The notes: generated by a model from the letters alone, not told the origin. A stretch of 20,000 nt of DNA from an uncultured virus (IMG/VR IMGVR_UViG_3300008266_000126) (IMGVR_UViG_3300008266_000126); one strand, 5' to 3'. Positions 7,872 through 15,547 are shown, numbered from the stretch's first letter. Made by a program: numbers and translations.

Positions 7872-10800
7872 TTTACCTTACCCACATCAGTTCTTCTTCT
7901 TACTTTTTCTACTGCTTTATTTAATGTTTCGGATGCAACAGGTGTTTTACTTTTAATACCAGTAAGTGTTCTAATTTTGTTAACTTTACCAATCAGTTCA
8001 TTAGATAGTTCATTGAGAGTTTCTTCATTTGTACTTTTCCAACCACCACCTTTTGATTTATACCATTTTGCAGCCCAGCCGTTAGCATATGCAGAAGGAT
8101 ATACATCAAACTTACTTTTTGCTAAAGCTTTAGCTCTTGACCATAATTCAGGGTTGGTAGGTTTATTTTTCTCGTTTATTATTTCTTCAGATACAGGGGG
8201 TATTTTGCTACGCAGTTTATCTAGAGGATCAGAACGAAGCATCTTTCCTCCGCTACCATCTAGATCTGCATCACCTTTTTTTAATTTACCTGATCTTGTA
8301 AAATGAAAACCTTTAGGAGCACTCTTAGTTTCCTTTATATTATTTTCTTCTTTTTGAGGACCAGGATTTTTACCTTTTTTCTTACCTGCTTTAATTAGAG
8401 CAATTGCAATAGCAGCTTGTTGTGCAGGATTTGCTGCTTCAGATTGTGTTTTATTGAGATCTCTAATTGTTTTAAGATGAGGATCTTCAATATAAGAATG
8501 TTCTTTTTCTAAACCCATACGTTTAGCATTAGTCATAATAAGATCAGCGATATGCTCTGCTTTTTCTATATCGTCTTTATCTGAGTGACCAATTGCTACC
8601 ACTTGTTTTTCTAATCTAAACAGAAGATCATGTAACATCATATTCTCAACTGCAAGATGAGACATCTGTGTTTTATTTTCTATACCTGTGTACAATTTTA
8701 CTGCACTTGGACATATATCAAAGTGCTTAGTAGTATAACTACCAAATGTAACCTGACCTGAAGGAGTCATTTCTACTTCTTCTGTTCTTACGTTGATAGG
8801 TGCACCACCTTTACCAGGGCGGTCAGCTACTGGATCTTCTCTTCTTTTTCTACGTGCAGCTAATGCACGATCATCTTTATCCATTGCTCTTGCTTTTGCA
8901 ATAGGAAGACATTTTGGTTTACCTTCACCTGGTTCTCTTGCACAATCACCTTTAATATTACCTTTAGTGTCCATGCGGACCCATTTATCTTTAAACCACT
9001 GGCGGAGATCTTCTTTTACTTCTTTTTTTTTATTTTCTTTATCAATAATAGCCTGATAGTCTGCAGCGTTTTGCTTTAAAGCAGCTGCTGCAGTATCTAT
9101 TTTCTTACCAATACCTGGTCTTGCTTTCTCTATTTTTTCCCACGGTGATTTATAACCTTTACCATATGCTTCTGATTTAAACATATCTGGAGTATAATCA
9201 TTTACATTAGGTAACTTTAAAGGTATTTTTGATTTAAAATCTGGTATAGTAGCTTTTGGTAATTTTAAAGCCTGTTTAGCAGTATCATTTGAAGGTGATG
9301 ACATGTTGCTAGGTGGACCTTTACCAAAAGATGCTTCTGGTTGTTCATCAATTATTTGCTTTTTAATAGCTTGATGACGATAAGGTCTATCATCTGTTTT
9401 ACGATCTTCACCTTTTCTAACTACTAGATCTATATCTTTACGTTCTTGACCAGAACGAGGAACTGCTTCTCTATTTTTACCAAATTGCTCATCAAAAACA
9501 TTATCTAGATCTTCTTTTACATTCTCTTTTGCAGCCATTTCTATTTCTTTATCTAACGCATCTTTTTCACGCATTCTTTTAAAGAAATCAGGATTATATC
9601 TATTCTTTACTGCATTGACTGCAAGAGTAACATCATCTTCAACTGCTATTTCTTTTTTTGCTTCTTCTATTTCTTTTTCACCGGGTGTATCGTTTTTGTA
9701 TATTTTAGTCAAAGATGATGTACCCCATTCTCTTTTATGGGTGTTACTACGGTCTATATCTTCTATTACTACATCATAAATTGCATTTAGAAATTCGTAT
9801 GACTCTAATAGATTTGATATATCAAGATCTTCTTTTGTAAATCTTCTTGATTCTTTTTTTCTAACCTGAGGTACTAGTCTCATTGCTAGTCTACGGATTG
9901 CTGCTTTTCTCTTTGAAACAATGTTTTCTATTCTCTGTTTTTCTGCAGCAGAAAGAGATTCAGGATCACGACCACCTGCTAGTTTTGATTTCATCTTTTT
10001 AATTGCAAGTTTACGTGCTCTGTTTGTAATAACTTTTGTATTTGCTCTTCTTAACATAGAGCGTTTTCTAGCTAATTCAATACGGCTTTGGTAGCGGCGC
10101 ATAATCATTGCTCTCTTCATTCTTTGTTGAAGAGTAATTTCGTCTAGTTGTTCTTCTTCTGTAAACAACTCATCAAATAAATCGTCTAGATCTTCTTTAA
10201 TGGATTTAATGTGATCAGCAATTTCTTCAGCATGTGAATGCAATGCTTTCGGAAGACCTGATTTAAATGCTTTCATATTACCTGATCTTGCATGTTCACG
10301 CATCTTAGTACCAGACATACCTTCAGTACCTTCTGCATCTGGATCTCTATGACCTGCAGAAACCACTTTAATTGACTTAAAATTATAATGACCTTCTTTG
10401 CCGTTATACTGATGAAGTTTCTTATGATAATCATCTACACGGTCTGAACCCGCTACCATTACTAAATGATGGTAACCAGCATCATGCAGTTTCTTAGCCT
10501 GATGTAAGAAGGATGGGTGTTCTTTATCAGAAGAAGATACAGAAGTAGTTGGTTTAACTACCTTCTTAAGATAACCTACTTTTTTCTCTTTAGGAAGAGG
10601 ATTCTTACCATTACCTTCAGAATGTGATGCAATAATATGTGCATCACCTTTATGTTCTGAAGCTACCGATTCTACTTTATGAATAAGCTTTTCGTGTCCA
10701 ACAGTAGGAGGGTTATAACGGCCAAATGCCATAACTGCTGTTTTCTCTTTTTCTTCTTGAATAGGATTAATAGTGATTTGATCAGGTTTAGAACCAGTCA

Positions 10801-10900
10801 TAGTTCTTGACTTGGAAATAACGTCTTTAACAACAGTAGTTTTAAGCTTTTTTGAGCTAACCTGTGTGTTTTGATTGTTGTCTTTATTCTGATCTGACAT
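7868..10900 (-). CDS. 1010-aa multi-module protein with N-terminal HIGH-superfamily (cytidylyltransferase-like) nucleotidyltransferase domain
   Basis: AFGRYNPPTVGHEKL, MVAGSDRV, SAGHRDPDAEG..GMSGTKMR in about aa 50-235, followed by short basic modules separated by acidic linkers. Confidence 0.8.
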   Translation of the reverse strand: MSDQNKDNNQNTQVSSKKLKTTVVKDVISKSRTMTGSKPDQITINPIQEEKEKTAVMAFGRYNPPTVGHEKLIHKVESVASEHKGDAHIIASHSEGNGKNPLPKEKKVGYLKKVVKPTTSVSSSDKEHPSFLHQAKKLHDAGYHHLVMVAGSDRVDDYHKKLHQYNGKEGHYNFKSIKVVSAGHRDPDAEGTEGMSGTKMREHARSGNMKAFKSGLPKALHSHAEEIADHIKSIKEDLDDLFDELFTEEEQLDEITLQQRMKRAMIMRRYQSRIELARKRSMLRRANTKVITNRARKLAIKKMKSKLAGGRDPESLSAAEKQRIENIVSKRKAAIRRLAMRLVPQVRKKESRRFTKEDLDISNLLESYEFLNAIYDVVIEDIDRSNTHKREWGTSSLTKIYKNDTPGEKEIEEAKKEIAVEDDVTLAVNAVKNRYNPDFFKRMREKDALDKEIEMAAKENVKEDLDNVFDEQFGKNREAVPRSGQERKDIDLVVRKGEDRKTDDRPYRHQAIKKQIIDEQPEASFGKGPPSNMSSPSNDTAKQALKLPKATIPDFKSKIPLKLPNVNDYTPDMFKSEAYGKGYKSPWEKIEKARPGIGKKIDTAAAALKQNAADYQAIIDKENKKKEVKEDLRQWFKDKWVRMDTKGNIKGDCAREPGEGKPKCLPIAKARAMDKDDRALAARRKRREDPVADRPGKGGAPINVRTEEVEMTPSGQVTFGSYTTKHFDICPSAVKLYTGIENKTQMSHLAVENMMLHDLLFRLEKQVVAIGHSDKDDIEKAEHIADLIMTNAKRMGLEKEHSYIEDPHLKTIRDLNKTQSEAANPAQQAAIAIALIKAGKKKGKNPGPQKEENNIKETKSAPKGFHFTRSGKLKKGDADLDGSGGKMLRSDPLDKLRSKIPPVSEEIINEKNKPTNPELWSRAKALAKSKFDVYPSAYANGWAAKWYKSKGGGWKSTNEETLNELSNELIGKVNKIRTLTGIKSKTPVASETLNKAVEKVRRRTDVGKVK

Positions 10901-10929
10901 TATATTTCTCTTTTGAAATTGTTATTTTA

Positions 10930-10937
10930 TATTTATT
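10930..10937 (-). promoter_or_regulatory. T4-type late promoter (AATAAATA)
   Basis: NATAAATA in a 41-nt intergenic gap, 30 nt upstream of the ATG at 10900. Confidence 0.65.
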
Positions 10938-10941
10938 GTTC

Positions 10942-12294
10942 TTAATAAACTTCACGCCACTGCATGTTTACACCGACATATGTCGAATTTGATGAAGAAA
11001 GATTGGTAGCAGTGACAACAAATACTTGTGAATTGTTGCTGTAGTAATTTTGAGCAATATAGTTCTTTTTAGCTGTACTTGGCATATTTGGATTTGTTAT
11101 ACCTGATGATGAGGTAGTAGAAGCAGCTCTTGGATTATTAGCAGCAGCAAATCCACCATCCATTACTTCACCGTCATTATAATTAGTAGCTGTTGCATTA
11201 TACTGTATACCACTAGAAGGATGAACATCCACCCAAGAACCACCTGTAATTACTGACGTATTTGCAAGTTTAATTACATCATATCTAACATTCTCATCAG
11301 TAGAAAGAATAGTAATATTGCCTAATCTTGCAATCATTCTGTTTGAATAGCCGTTGAAGGTATCCTTTAATTTAATAGCCATAATCGGTGTTGTATTACC
11401 ACCTGCAAGTAATCTTAGCCCACTATGCCATGCAAAATCTTGACCTGATTCTAGATAACCACCTTCAGATATTACTGTAGAACATATCTGATCCATATAA
11501 GCATTAGCTGTTCTTGTACCCGTATTAAATATCTCACATCTAATTGGTAGATTGGGACTACTCATATAAACTTTATCTAGGTTGTTACTATTATAAAATT
11601 CATGAGCGGGTATAAACTTACCATCATGAACAAAACCAGTACGAACTCTACCAACACCCAGCCATTGAAAATCTATAAAAACAATTTGTGTTTTAGTAAT
11701 GTCAATATTAAAACCGGAAGGACCGTTTCCATCACAAGTATCTACATTCCAATCAGCCTGTGTAACTTTTCTGCTATCATCGGGTGAACCACCAGTATAA
11801 GTTCTAATACAAAAACTTATTTGACCGTTACCAGCTTGTTCAAAGTAAATACCGTTGTTATCATCATAATAACCTGTGCGTTTAGTAACATTGGTATTTG
11901 CACCATAAAAATTAAAAGTAGTTTTAATTAACTGACTCTTGCCTGGCAAATATTGATGGTAGAATTTTGTCTGGTGAACAACGCTGCTGGTTGAATTGTT
12001 TGCAGTAGTAAGACGTGCACAAGCTTGATTAGGTAAAAAAGTTACTGTGCCGTTTGCTGCTAAAATATCTTCAAATGCAGGATCAATACCATAAAGATGT
12101 TTGTAATCACCTAAAGTAAATGCATCTGATGTTCTTAATCTACCAAATGCGTCTGATTGTCCTGCTTCTAATGCTACTGGAAATCTATTATATTCATCAT
12201 AAAAGGCACCATTACTATCAGCAGTCATTACGACTTCAAATATAGTATTACCGTCGGCTAAAAATCTTTTAGTATCGCGTCTATACTGAGCCAT
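10942..12294 (-). CDS. Putative virion structural protein (beta-rich)
   Basis: DAFGRLRTS, YLPGKSQ, IDFQWLGVGRVR and W-R-E C-terminus recalled from a widespread phage protein family; Asn/Thr/Gly-rich. Confidence 0.55.
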   Translation of the reverse strand: MAQYRRDTKRFLADGNTIFEVVMTADSNGAFYDEYNRFPVALEAGQSDAFGRLRTSDAFTLGDYKHLYGIDPAFEDILAANGTVTFLPNQACARLTTANNSTSSVVHQTKFYHQYLPGKSQLIKTTFNFYGANTNVTKRTGYYDDNNGIYFEQAGNGQISFCIRTYTGGSPDDSRKVTQADWNVDTCDGNGPSGFNIDITKTQIVFIDFQWLGVGRVRTGFVHDGKFIPAHEFYNSNNLDKVYMSSPNLPIRCEIFNTGTRTANAYMDQICSTVISEGGYLESGQDFAWHSGLRLLAGGNTTPIMAIKLKDTFNGYSNRMIARLGNITILSTDENVRYDVIKLANTSVITGGSWVDVHPSSGIQYNATATNYNDGEVMDGGFAAANNPRAASTTSSSGITNPNMPSTAKKNYIAQNYYSNNSQVFVVTATNLSSSNSTYVGVNMQWREVY

Positions 12295-12828
12295 TTATTT
12301 TTTCCATGCTTTAGTAGCAGCAAAATTAGCTGCTGAAAACTCACCTCTATTGACTAATTTAATTGATCCACCATTATGATGTGCAACATATCCTTCTGGA
12401 TGTGTTTCTTTACCATCAATATGATGCTCCATTCCACCTTCAGTTTTATTCGCTTTGTTCAAACCATGAACTAGAATATTTTTAGCAGCCTGAATATGAT
12501 GGTGTAATTTTAATGCATTATCAAAATGCTTTTCATTCTCATCATGATGTTTAAGATCAGCATTCATTGTTTCTTTCTTCTTTGCTTTTGCAGTAGGAGT
12601 AGAAACACTATCGATTGCTTTTTGATGTCTTGCTTGAATATGTGAACGTAAACCTTTAGTAGTAGGCTTATCACCAGATCTTACTGTTTGATTAATATAT
12701 GTAGTAAGATGTTCTGAATGTTTATTTACAACATTATGGAAGTCATGAGGCATCTTATCATGTAATTCTTTTGCTTTTGCCATATGATGTTCAAAAGCAT
12801 CAGATTGTTCTTTAGATAGATTACTCAT
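12295..12828 (-). CDS. C-terminal half of a split ligase-like nucleotidyltransferase
   Basis: Contains PEGYVA (motif IV-like) and IKLVNR.EFS.ANF (motif V-like); starts in an ATGA overlap with the upstream ORF. Confidence 0.6.
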   Translation of the reverse strand: MSNLSKEQSDAFEHHMAKAKELHDKMPHDFHNVVNKHSEHLTTYINQTVRSGDKPTTKGLRSHIQARHQKAIDSVSTPTAKAKKKETMNADLKHHDENEKHFDNALKLHHHIQAAKNILVHGLNKANKTEGGMEHHIDGKETHPEGYVAHHNGGSIKLVNRGEFSAANFAATKAWKK

Positions 12829-13472
12829 AGTTTAGCCTCAGGTGAAATTAAATGAACATCTTTATGCTGTTTAAAGTTATGATGATCTACATGAGGTGTA
12901 GCATGCATACCCTCTAGAGTCTTACCTTCATACTTTGTATGGACAGCAACTCCAATTTTTGAGTTAACAGCTTTCTTACCTTCTTCTGATCCTTTATGAA
13001 TAGAATAGGTAATAGTATTTGGTTTAAAACTTACTTTGTGATCAGTATGATGCATCTCATCATGTGAGTGCATAAAGTCACCCTGGTAAACACCCTTCTT
13101 AGGAGTTACCTTAGGAAGATGTTCTAATGCTTGTCCTAATTTCTTTGCAAGACCAGGTGAATGACCGTGGTTCTTTTCTATATCTGAATGTGAATAATTA
13201 ATCTTAGGATTCTTATTAAATGCTGACTTAGATGCAACGAAGAACTTACCTGACTCTGGATGATGTCCAAATACTACAGAAGGTGAACCATCTAGTTTAG
13301 TTGTAATATGAGAAGAATGTTTTTGACCTTTTAATGCCTTATGAACATCATGTAAAGCATGAAATGCATGTGTAAAGCCTTGATGAGACAATACTGCATT
13401 ATCTTCGGGGTGATCTAGATGCTTTAATTTAGCACCTGCTTCTTCTGTAATATAAGTTAAAAAAGTTAACAT
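12825..13472 (-). CDS. N-terminal half of a split ligase-like nucleotidyltransferase (DUF6267-like), capsid-targeting-like leader
   Basis: MLTFLTYITEE|A leader; HLDHPED; TKLDGSP (KxDG motif I), FFVASKS (motif Ia), VYQGDF (motif III). Confidence 0.65.
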   Translation of the reverse strand: MLTFLTYITEEAGAKLKHLDHPEDNAVLSHQGFTHAFHALHDVHKALKGQKHSSHITTKLDGSPSVVFGHHPESGKFFVASKSAFNKNPKINYSHSDIEKNHGHSPGLAKKLGQALEHLPKVTPKKGVYQGDFMHSHDEMHHTDHKVSFKPNTITYSIHKGSEEGKKAVNSKIGVAVHTKYEGKTLEGMHATPHVDHHNFKQHKDVHLISPEAKL

Positions 13473-13473
13473 T

Positions 13474-14151
13474 TTACTTCTTTAAGAATGATGGATCTTT
13501 CTCAAGATCATGTGATGACTTATCGGCATTTTTTAAACTCATAACAATAAGAGCACCGTATTTTCTCTTACCAGTTGCTTTATCTGTGCTTCTTGCTTTC
13601 ATACGTGCTCTAAGTTGTGTGTCACCAGATAGTTCAGGCACACCTGTTTTAGCAACATCTTTACCAGTATGATAAGTTCCATGACCACCGATATGAATGT
13701 ATGGTGTTTTTCTATCTTGACCATAATGAGCCTGAATACCTGCAGAACCTTTTTCTGTATGATACACATTACCCATCTTAAGATCTTTGTGATAATCACC
13801 AGAAGGTTTACCCCATTGCTTATTCACATGATGGAGAAATCCTGACTTCTCAATATGTGCAGCTGTTGCAGGATATTTTTCTTTAGATTTTTCACTAATA
13901 TGCCAACCCTTATCTGGGTGATGATGGAGTTCTAATTGACCCATCATAGCATTCTTATCTTTCTTAATTTCAAGATTATGATTTTTACCACCAACATGGA
14001 TACTTGAATCTGGAGCATCACCACTCGAACCGGCAGATGTGTGTCCAGGTGTTAATACACCATGTTTTTCTAGATGCTTGTTAATCTTTTCTTCATAATC
14101 AAAGCCGCCTTTGGCATGTGCTTCTGTAATAAAAGAGAGGAAAGTATGCAT
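13474..14151 (-). CDS. PD-(D/E)xK nuclease-like protein with capsid-targeting-like leader
   Basis: Start moved to ATG 14151 (GGAG RBS, late promoter upstream), giving MHTFLSFITE|A; GFDYEEKI helix, APD...NLEIK catalytic-like motif. Confidence 0.6.
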   Translation of the reverse strand: MHTFLSFITEAHAKGGFDYEEKINKHLEKHGVLTPGHTSAGSSGDAPDSSIHVGGKNHNLEIKKDKNAMMGQLELHHHPDKGWHISEKSKEKYPATAAHIEKSGFLHHVNKQWGKPSGDYHKDLKMGNVYHTEKGSAGIQAHYGQDRKTPYIHIGGHGTYHTGKDVAKTGVPELSGDTQLRARMKARSTDKATGKRKYGALIVMSLKNADKSSHDLEKDPSFLKK

Positions 14152-14176
14152 AGGATTCTCCAGATAGTTTATATGA

Positions 14177-14184
14177 TATTTATC
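14177..14184 (-). promoter_or_regulatory. T4-type late promoter (GATAAATA)
   Basis: NATAAATA immediately downstream of a terminator and about 25 nt upstream of ATG 14151. Confidence 0.7.
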
Positions 14185-14189
14185 CAAAC

Positions 14190-14217
14190 AAAAAAGAGGG
14201 TATTTCTACCCTCTTTT
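14190..14217 (-). terminator. Rho-independent terminator
   Basis: Minus strand AAAAGAGGGTA-GAAA-TACCCTCTTTTTT: perfect stem, GNRA loop, U tract. Confidence 0.9.
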
Positions 14218-14237
14218 CTAGGAGATTACTTGTAATA

Positions 14238-14453
14238 TTACAGTCCTATCATCTTAGAACTGTAACTAAATGAACCTTTGAAATCAGTACGTAGCCATTC
14301 TTCTAGAATCTCGAAACGAAGAGCAGAATCAGACTCACCAGCATTCTCGAGATCAGTCTTTGCTTTCTTACAGAATTCTACTAAAGACTTGTACGAAATC
14401 TTATCTGAATCTGAAAGAGCAGCCTTATGGGTCTTAGCATTACGTTGAAACAT
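14238..14453 (-). CDS. Small hypothetical protein (71 aa), own transcription unit
   Basis: GGAGG RBS, sigma70-like promoter upstream, terminator downstream. Confidence 0.7.
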   Translation of the reverse strand: MFQRNAKTHKAALSDSDKISYKSLVEFCKKAKTDLENAGESDSALRFEILEEWLRTDFKGSFSYSSKMIGL

Positions 14454-14480
14454 AGGAAAGCCTCCATTACCTATAATATG

Positions 14481-14512
14481 ATAATAGAGGCTTCTTATTA
14501 AAAAATCAACTG
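14481..14512 (-). promoter_or_regulatory. Sigma70-like (early/middle) promoter
   Basis: Minus strand cagTTGATT-N17-TATTAT. Confidence 0.65.
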
Positions 14513-14513
14513 A

Positions 14514-15437
14514 TTAGTTTACACTTGAGAGAGTCTTCTTGACTTCTGCTTTCTGTGCAGCTGTCAATGGAATATAGTCAAGTGCTTCTGCATCCTTATC
14601 GTGTGCAAGTCCGTATTCAAAGAACTTCTTTGCAATTGCAACTGCAGCTGCATCATCGTTCTGCTTGTGCATTACGATATATGAAGTTGCAACCATTGGC
14701 CAAGTTGACTGGAATGCTTTAAGACCTGGTGATACCTTCTTACCATCTGTACCAATCATATCAGCAACTTGTAGGTCGTTTTGCTTGGCAAATGCATACT
14801 CGACGTAACCGATCGAACCATTAGTTTGGTATACATTATTTGCAACACCATCATTTCCTTTACCACCGATTGTGTTACCAGCCCATTCTACAGTTGAACC
14901 AAAACCGTAGTTCTTCTTCCAATCAGCATTTGCTTCAGAAAGAAACTTTGTGAAGTTCCAAGTTGTACCTGAACCATCTGAACGACGAATCTTAATGATA
15001 CCGAGATCAGGAAGCTTTACGCCAGGATTGATTTCTGCAATTTCTTTATCATTCCACTTTGTAATTTTACCTGAATAAATCTTTGCTAGGATGTCAGCAG
15101 TAAGAGTAAGGCGTTCTACATCTTTAAGATTAAAGATAGGAACGATACCACCAACGATCATAGGAAACTGTACTTGACCTTTCTTTTCAAGGTCTTCTGG
15201 CTTTACTGGAATGTCAGTTGCACCAAATATTACTGTCTTTGCATCAATCTGCTTGATACCTGCACCAGAACCAACTCCCTGATAATTTACAGCGTTGTTA
15301 GTTTCTTTCTTAAAGCTATCTGCCCACTTTACATAAATTGGTTGTGGAAAAGTAGCACCTGCACCATTAACTTCACCTGCAAAGGCTGAAGTAGCGATAA
15401 ACATAGATCCGATTACGGCAAGAATGTTCTTTAACAT
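14514..15437 (-). CDS. pstS: Phosphate ABC transporter substrate-binding protein PstS
   Basis: Signal peptide; GAGATFP, NYQGVGSGAG, FGATD, RRSDGSGTT, GKGNDGVA and GSIGYVE motifs. Confidence 0.95.
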   Translation of the reverse strand: MLKNILAVIGSMFIATSAFAGEVNGAGATFPQPIYVKWADSFKKETNNAVNYQGVGSGAGIKQIDAKTVIFGATDIPVKPEDLEKKGQVQFPMIVGGIVPIFNLKDVERLTLTADILAKIYSGKITKWNDKEIAEINPGVKLPDLGIIKIRRSDGSGTTWNFTKFLSEANADWKKNYGFGSTVEWAGNTIGGKGNDGVANNVYQTNGSIGYVEYAFAKQNDLQVADMIGTDGKKVSPGLKAFQSTWPMVATSYIVMHKQNDDAAAVAIAKKFFEYGLAHDKDAEALDYIPLTAAQKAEVKKTLSSVN

Positions 15438-15455
15438 GTTAACTCCTGAGTTAAT

Positions 15456-15485
15456 AAAAAAGGGACGAGATTTCTCCCGTCCCTT
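15456..15485 (-). terminator. Rho-independent terminator between the OMP gene and pstS
   Basis: Minus strand AAGGGACGGGA-GAAA-TCTCGTCCCTT followed by TTTT (one G-U pair). Confidence 0.85.
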
Positions 15486-15547
15486 ATATAGATCCCTAGT
15501 ATGAAAGTTTTATGAAATTTCACGTTTTTATGAAAGATTTATAAAAC
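15485..15547 (-). promoter_or_regulatory. Two Pho boxes plus a -10 element upstream of pstS
   Basis: Minus strand GTTTTAT-AAAT-CTTTCAT (15547-15530) and ATTTCAT-AAAA-CTTTCAT (15518-15501), against the PhoB consensus CTGTCAT-A(A/T)A(A/T)-CTGTCAT; TATATA lies 10 nt after the proximal box. Confidence 0.8.

Noticed and set aside
12825..12827. TGA read-through or alternative genetic code as the explanation for the split ligase-like gene
   Set aside because: The downstream motifs are in a different frame, read-through meets TAA about 33 codons later, and TGA serves as a normal stop for many other genes here.
13474..14151. Homing endonuclease or mobile intron interpretation of the nuclease-like ORF
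   Set aside because: No HNH, GIY-YIG or LAGLIDADG motif and no interrupted gene or intron-sized non-coding flanks; it carries the same leader as its neighbours.
14152..14187. ORF-track N-terminal extension MDKYHINYLENP of the nuclease-like gene
   Set aside because: It starts at TTG, overlapping the late promoter. ATG 14151 has a GGAG RBS and exposes the shared leader motif.
15501..15547. Short direct repeats considered as a CRISPR remnant or iterons
   Set aside because: The units are 7 bp with an 11-bp period upstream of pstS and are better explained as Pho boxes. No CRISPR array was seen in the window.
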